A DNA stretch of 64,000 nucleotides. Source: Candidatus Hydrogenedentota bacterium. Its GTDB lineage: Bacteria > Hydrogenedentota > Hydrogenedentia > Hydrogenedentales > SLHB01. Positions 62,179 through 64,000 of the stretch are shown one piece after another. Location of the stretch: positions 64,001-128,000 of the forward strand of contig CAXXTH010000023.1 in assembly GCA_963668025.2 (NCBI GenBank), written 5' to 3'. The position numbers and the translations under genes are program-made. The notes beneath the pieces are model-generated. The model was not told where the DNA came from and did no database searches. It worked only from the letters and a program-made list of their open reading frames with translations. Every line of letters begins with the position of its first letter. Positions within the stretch are counted from its first letter, which is position 1.

Positions 62179-63615
62179 CTATGCGGAACTGAAGCGGATC
62201 TGGATGGCCTCGGTGCAGAGGGCGTCATATTGTTCGCGGGACAGGGTGGCGTTGCGCAGGGCTTCGAGGAGGCGATGGGCAAGGTTTCTGGCGGAGCCAA
62301 AGCCTTTTGGAAAGTGGGCGGCCAGAAGGCTGCCATCCTCCAGGAGTTGCATGAGCAGATGGGCTATCTGCATCAAGAGGTAGTAGATCTTGCTGGCCTG
62401 TTCGTTTTGGGTATAGGCGTGTTCGAGGTTGTAGCCGCCGTTTTTCTGCACGTTGAATGCTTCATTTTCAATCTTCCAGCGTAAGCGTCCTCCTTCATTG
62501 GCCAAGGCGGCCGCATTGTGCGCGGATACGGATACGTTGGTCACCCATTTGAACTTGGTTTTCTTTATCATGCCTTCCGCGTCCGGGCGGGTGTCCACGC
62601 ATTCGAGCACGGACAGGATGTGTTCACGCCGCTCGGAATCGCGGTAGGGGATGTCGTTGACCCAGCGAAACTGCTGGTGGATTTCCTTCTTGTTGCCGCA
62701 ACGCCACGTAAGCTGGTTTTCGGGCGTCGCGGCCGCGAGGCTCTCGAATTCTTCGTTCACGGTGGCCAATTGGCCGTCCGTGAGCGTAATCATGAACTTC
62801 CAGCCATATTGCTGGCACAGCCGAAACACCGGTCCCGTGGCGTACAGGCCGTCCATCGCCAACAGCAGCGGCAAGCGGGGGAATCGGGCATGCAGGCGTG
62901 GGGCCAGCCGGTAGAAGGCTTTGGTCTCGCAATCCTGCTTGCGTTGTTGCTCGCTTTTCGCCAGGTCTTTCTCTGGATTCTCAATGAACTCCGTCATGAG
63001 CGAAAAGACCCACCCGTTTGGCGTGACGATCTTGGACTCCAGCACGGGATGGTAGTAGGTGATCTTGCCGCTCTTGTGCTTGCGCGTGAGGCAATGGGCG
63101 CAGTGGCGATGATCATAACTGCGTGTCCCCGTGGCGTCGATGGCCGCCACGTAGTAGCGCCCGAACAGGCGGTGGGGGTACAACACCTTCTTGTCGATGA
63201 GCGTCTGCGTCATGCCGGAAACGAGTTCCTGGACCGCCTCGAACGGCAAACCGCGAAATACCCCGTTCATCGTATCGCCATGCGGCACGCTGTCCACGTC
63301 AAACAAGACCTTGTACAGATGGACCATGAACGTCGTGTACAACTGCAGGCGGACTTGCCGGCGCGCCCCGAGCCGGCATGCGAACATCAGCACTCCCAAG
63401 AACACCAGCGACGCGACACTGTAGTCCACGTCGCCGGCTTGCTCGGGTTTGCGGGGATCGGGCAAGCCCGCAAAGCGCTTGCGCACCGGGCCAAAGAAGT
63501 GGGTGAACGTCCTCAAGAAGGCCCGGATGATTTCCGGATGCTCTTCTTGCGGGTTTGCAGGAACTGCCGTTGGGCCGCGCCCATGGCCTCGACGAGCTTC
63601 TTGAGCTTTTTCCAT
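62179..63615 (-). CDS. DDE transposase (ISAs1/ISNCY-like)
   Basis: DPR, AIDAT, CAHC, DCETKA, AMDGLY, RWKIEN..FN..K. Confidence 0.9.
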   Translation of the reverse strand: MEKAQEARRGHGRGPTAVPANPQEEHPEIIRAFLRTFTHFFGPVRKRFAGLPDPRKPEQAGDVDYSVASLVFLGVLMFACRLGARRQVRLQLYTTFMVHLYKVLFDVDSVPHGDTMNGVFRGLPFEAVQELVSGMTQTLIDKKVLYPHRLFGRYYVAAIDATGTRSYDHRHCAHCLTRKHKSGKITYYHPVLESKIVTPNGWVFSLMTEFIENPEKDLAKSEQQRKQDCETKAFYRLAPRLHARFPRLPLLLAMDGLYATGPVFRLCQQYGWKFMITLTDGQLATVNEEFESLAAATPENQLTWRCGNKKEIHQQFRWVNDIPYRDSERREHILSVLECVDTRPDAEGMIKKTKFKWVTNVSVSAHNAAALANEGGRLRWKIENEAFNVQKNGGYNLEHAYTQNEQASKIYYLLMQIAHLLMQLLEDGSLLAAHFPKGFGSARNLAHRLLEALRNATLSREQYDALCTEAIQIRFSSA

Positions 63616-63860
63616 TCCTCAATCCATTGCGCCACTTCGCGGCGCAATTCACGGGGCACGTGGAGGGTGCGGGTCTTCCCGCCCTCCTTCCACGTCAGCA
63701 GGGCCGTTTCATGGATCGGCCCTTCCTGGACGCACCGGCAGCGCGGGTTCCCGCAGCGGCTGCGGGTGATGGTGAGCGTGGCGGGAAGAAAGGGCCCCAG
63801 ACGCGCCAGGCGCGCCTGGACCTTGCGTCCCGCCGAGTTCGTGACAGGTTTCCCTTCCAT
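63513..63860 (-). CDS. DUF6788-like small Cys/His protein
   Basis: RCGNPRCRC....H...LTWKEGGKTRTLHV; 115 aa from ATG 63860. Confidence 0.75.
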   Translation of the reverse strand: MEGKPVTNSAGRKVQARLARLGPFLPATLTITRSRCGNPRCRCVQEGPIHETALLTWKEGGKTRTLHVPRELRREVAQWIEEWKKLKKLVEAMGAAQRQFLQTRKKSIRKSSGPS

Positions 63861-63896
63861 GTACGGAAGTATATATACTTCCGTACCAGAAGTCAA
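63861..63896 (-). promoter_or_regulatory. IS promoter overlapped by a perfect 26-bp palindrome
   Basis: Minus strand TTGACT-17 bp-TATACT-7 bp-ATG; palindrome GTACGGAAGTATATATACTTCCGTAC at 63861-63886. Confidence 0.8.
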
Positions 63897-64000
63897 CAAA
63901 AAAAAGCGCCGATGCGAAGAAAAAACTCCCCGCACCGGCGCATCCTCAACTCATTCAACTGCTTCTACGCGAAAAAAAAGCGGTTCTTCACCGCTGAATC

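Larger units (their letters stand above)
62010..63996 (-). mobile_element. Insertion sequence (~2.0 kb, ISAs1/ISNCY-like) with DUF6788-like ORF and DDE transposase
   Basis: Terminal inverted repeats CAGCGGTGAAGAA (62010-62022) and TTCTTCACCGCTG (63984-63996); target duplication not assessable at the window edge. Confidence 0.85.

Overview
GC-rich bacterial chromosomal window. The lineage is not assignable without a search; gene content and the 16S would fit Ca. Hydrogenedentota, but this is unverified. It contains a complete rRNA operon (16S-tRNA-Ile-tRNA-Ala-23S-5S) preceded by five tandem sigma70-like promoters at 129-130 bp spacing, a four-gene REC/HD/HD-GYP/hybrid histidine kinase signalling cluster, carbohydrate-catabolic genes around tRNA-Pro(GGG), and a full Na+-type V/A-ATPase operon. 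In that operon subunit I carries a +1 frameshift in an A6 run, and two toxin-antitoxin-like gene pairs (MNT-HEPN, DUF4258-DUF2283) sit between subunits A, B and D. Housekeeping genes include trpS, an rlmD-like gene, pcm, thpR, nnrE, rel and glyA. At the right edge is a ~2 kb IS (DUF6788-like ORF plus DDE transposase) with a leaderless promoter covered by a perfect 26-bp palindrome and a possible -1 frameshift. Intergenic DNA holds a dispersed 124-139 bp palindromic element family (GTAAC...GTTAC ends), a 92-bp promoter/RBS duplication flanking an AT-rich orphan gene, REP-like hairpins and short three-unit tandem repeats. Several starts were re-chosen from RBS evidence and differ from the ORF track.
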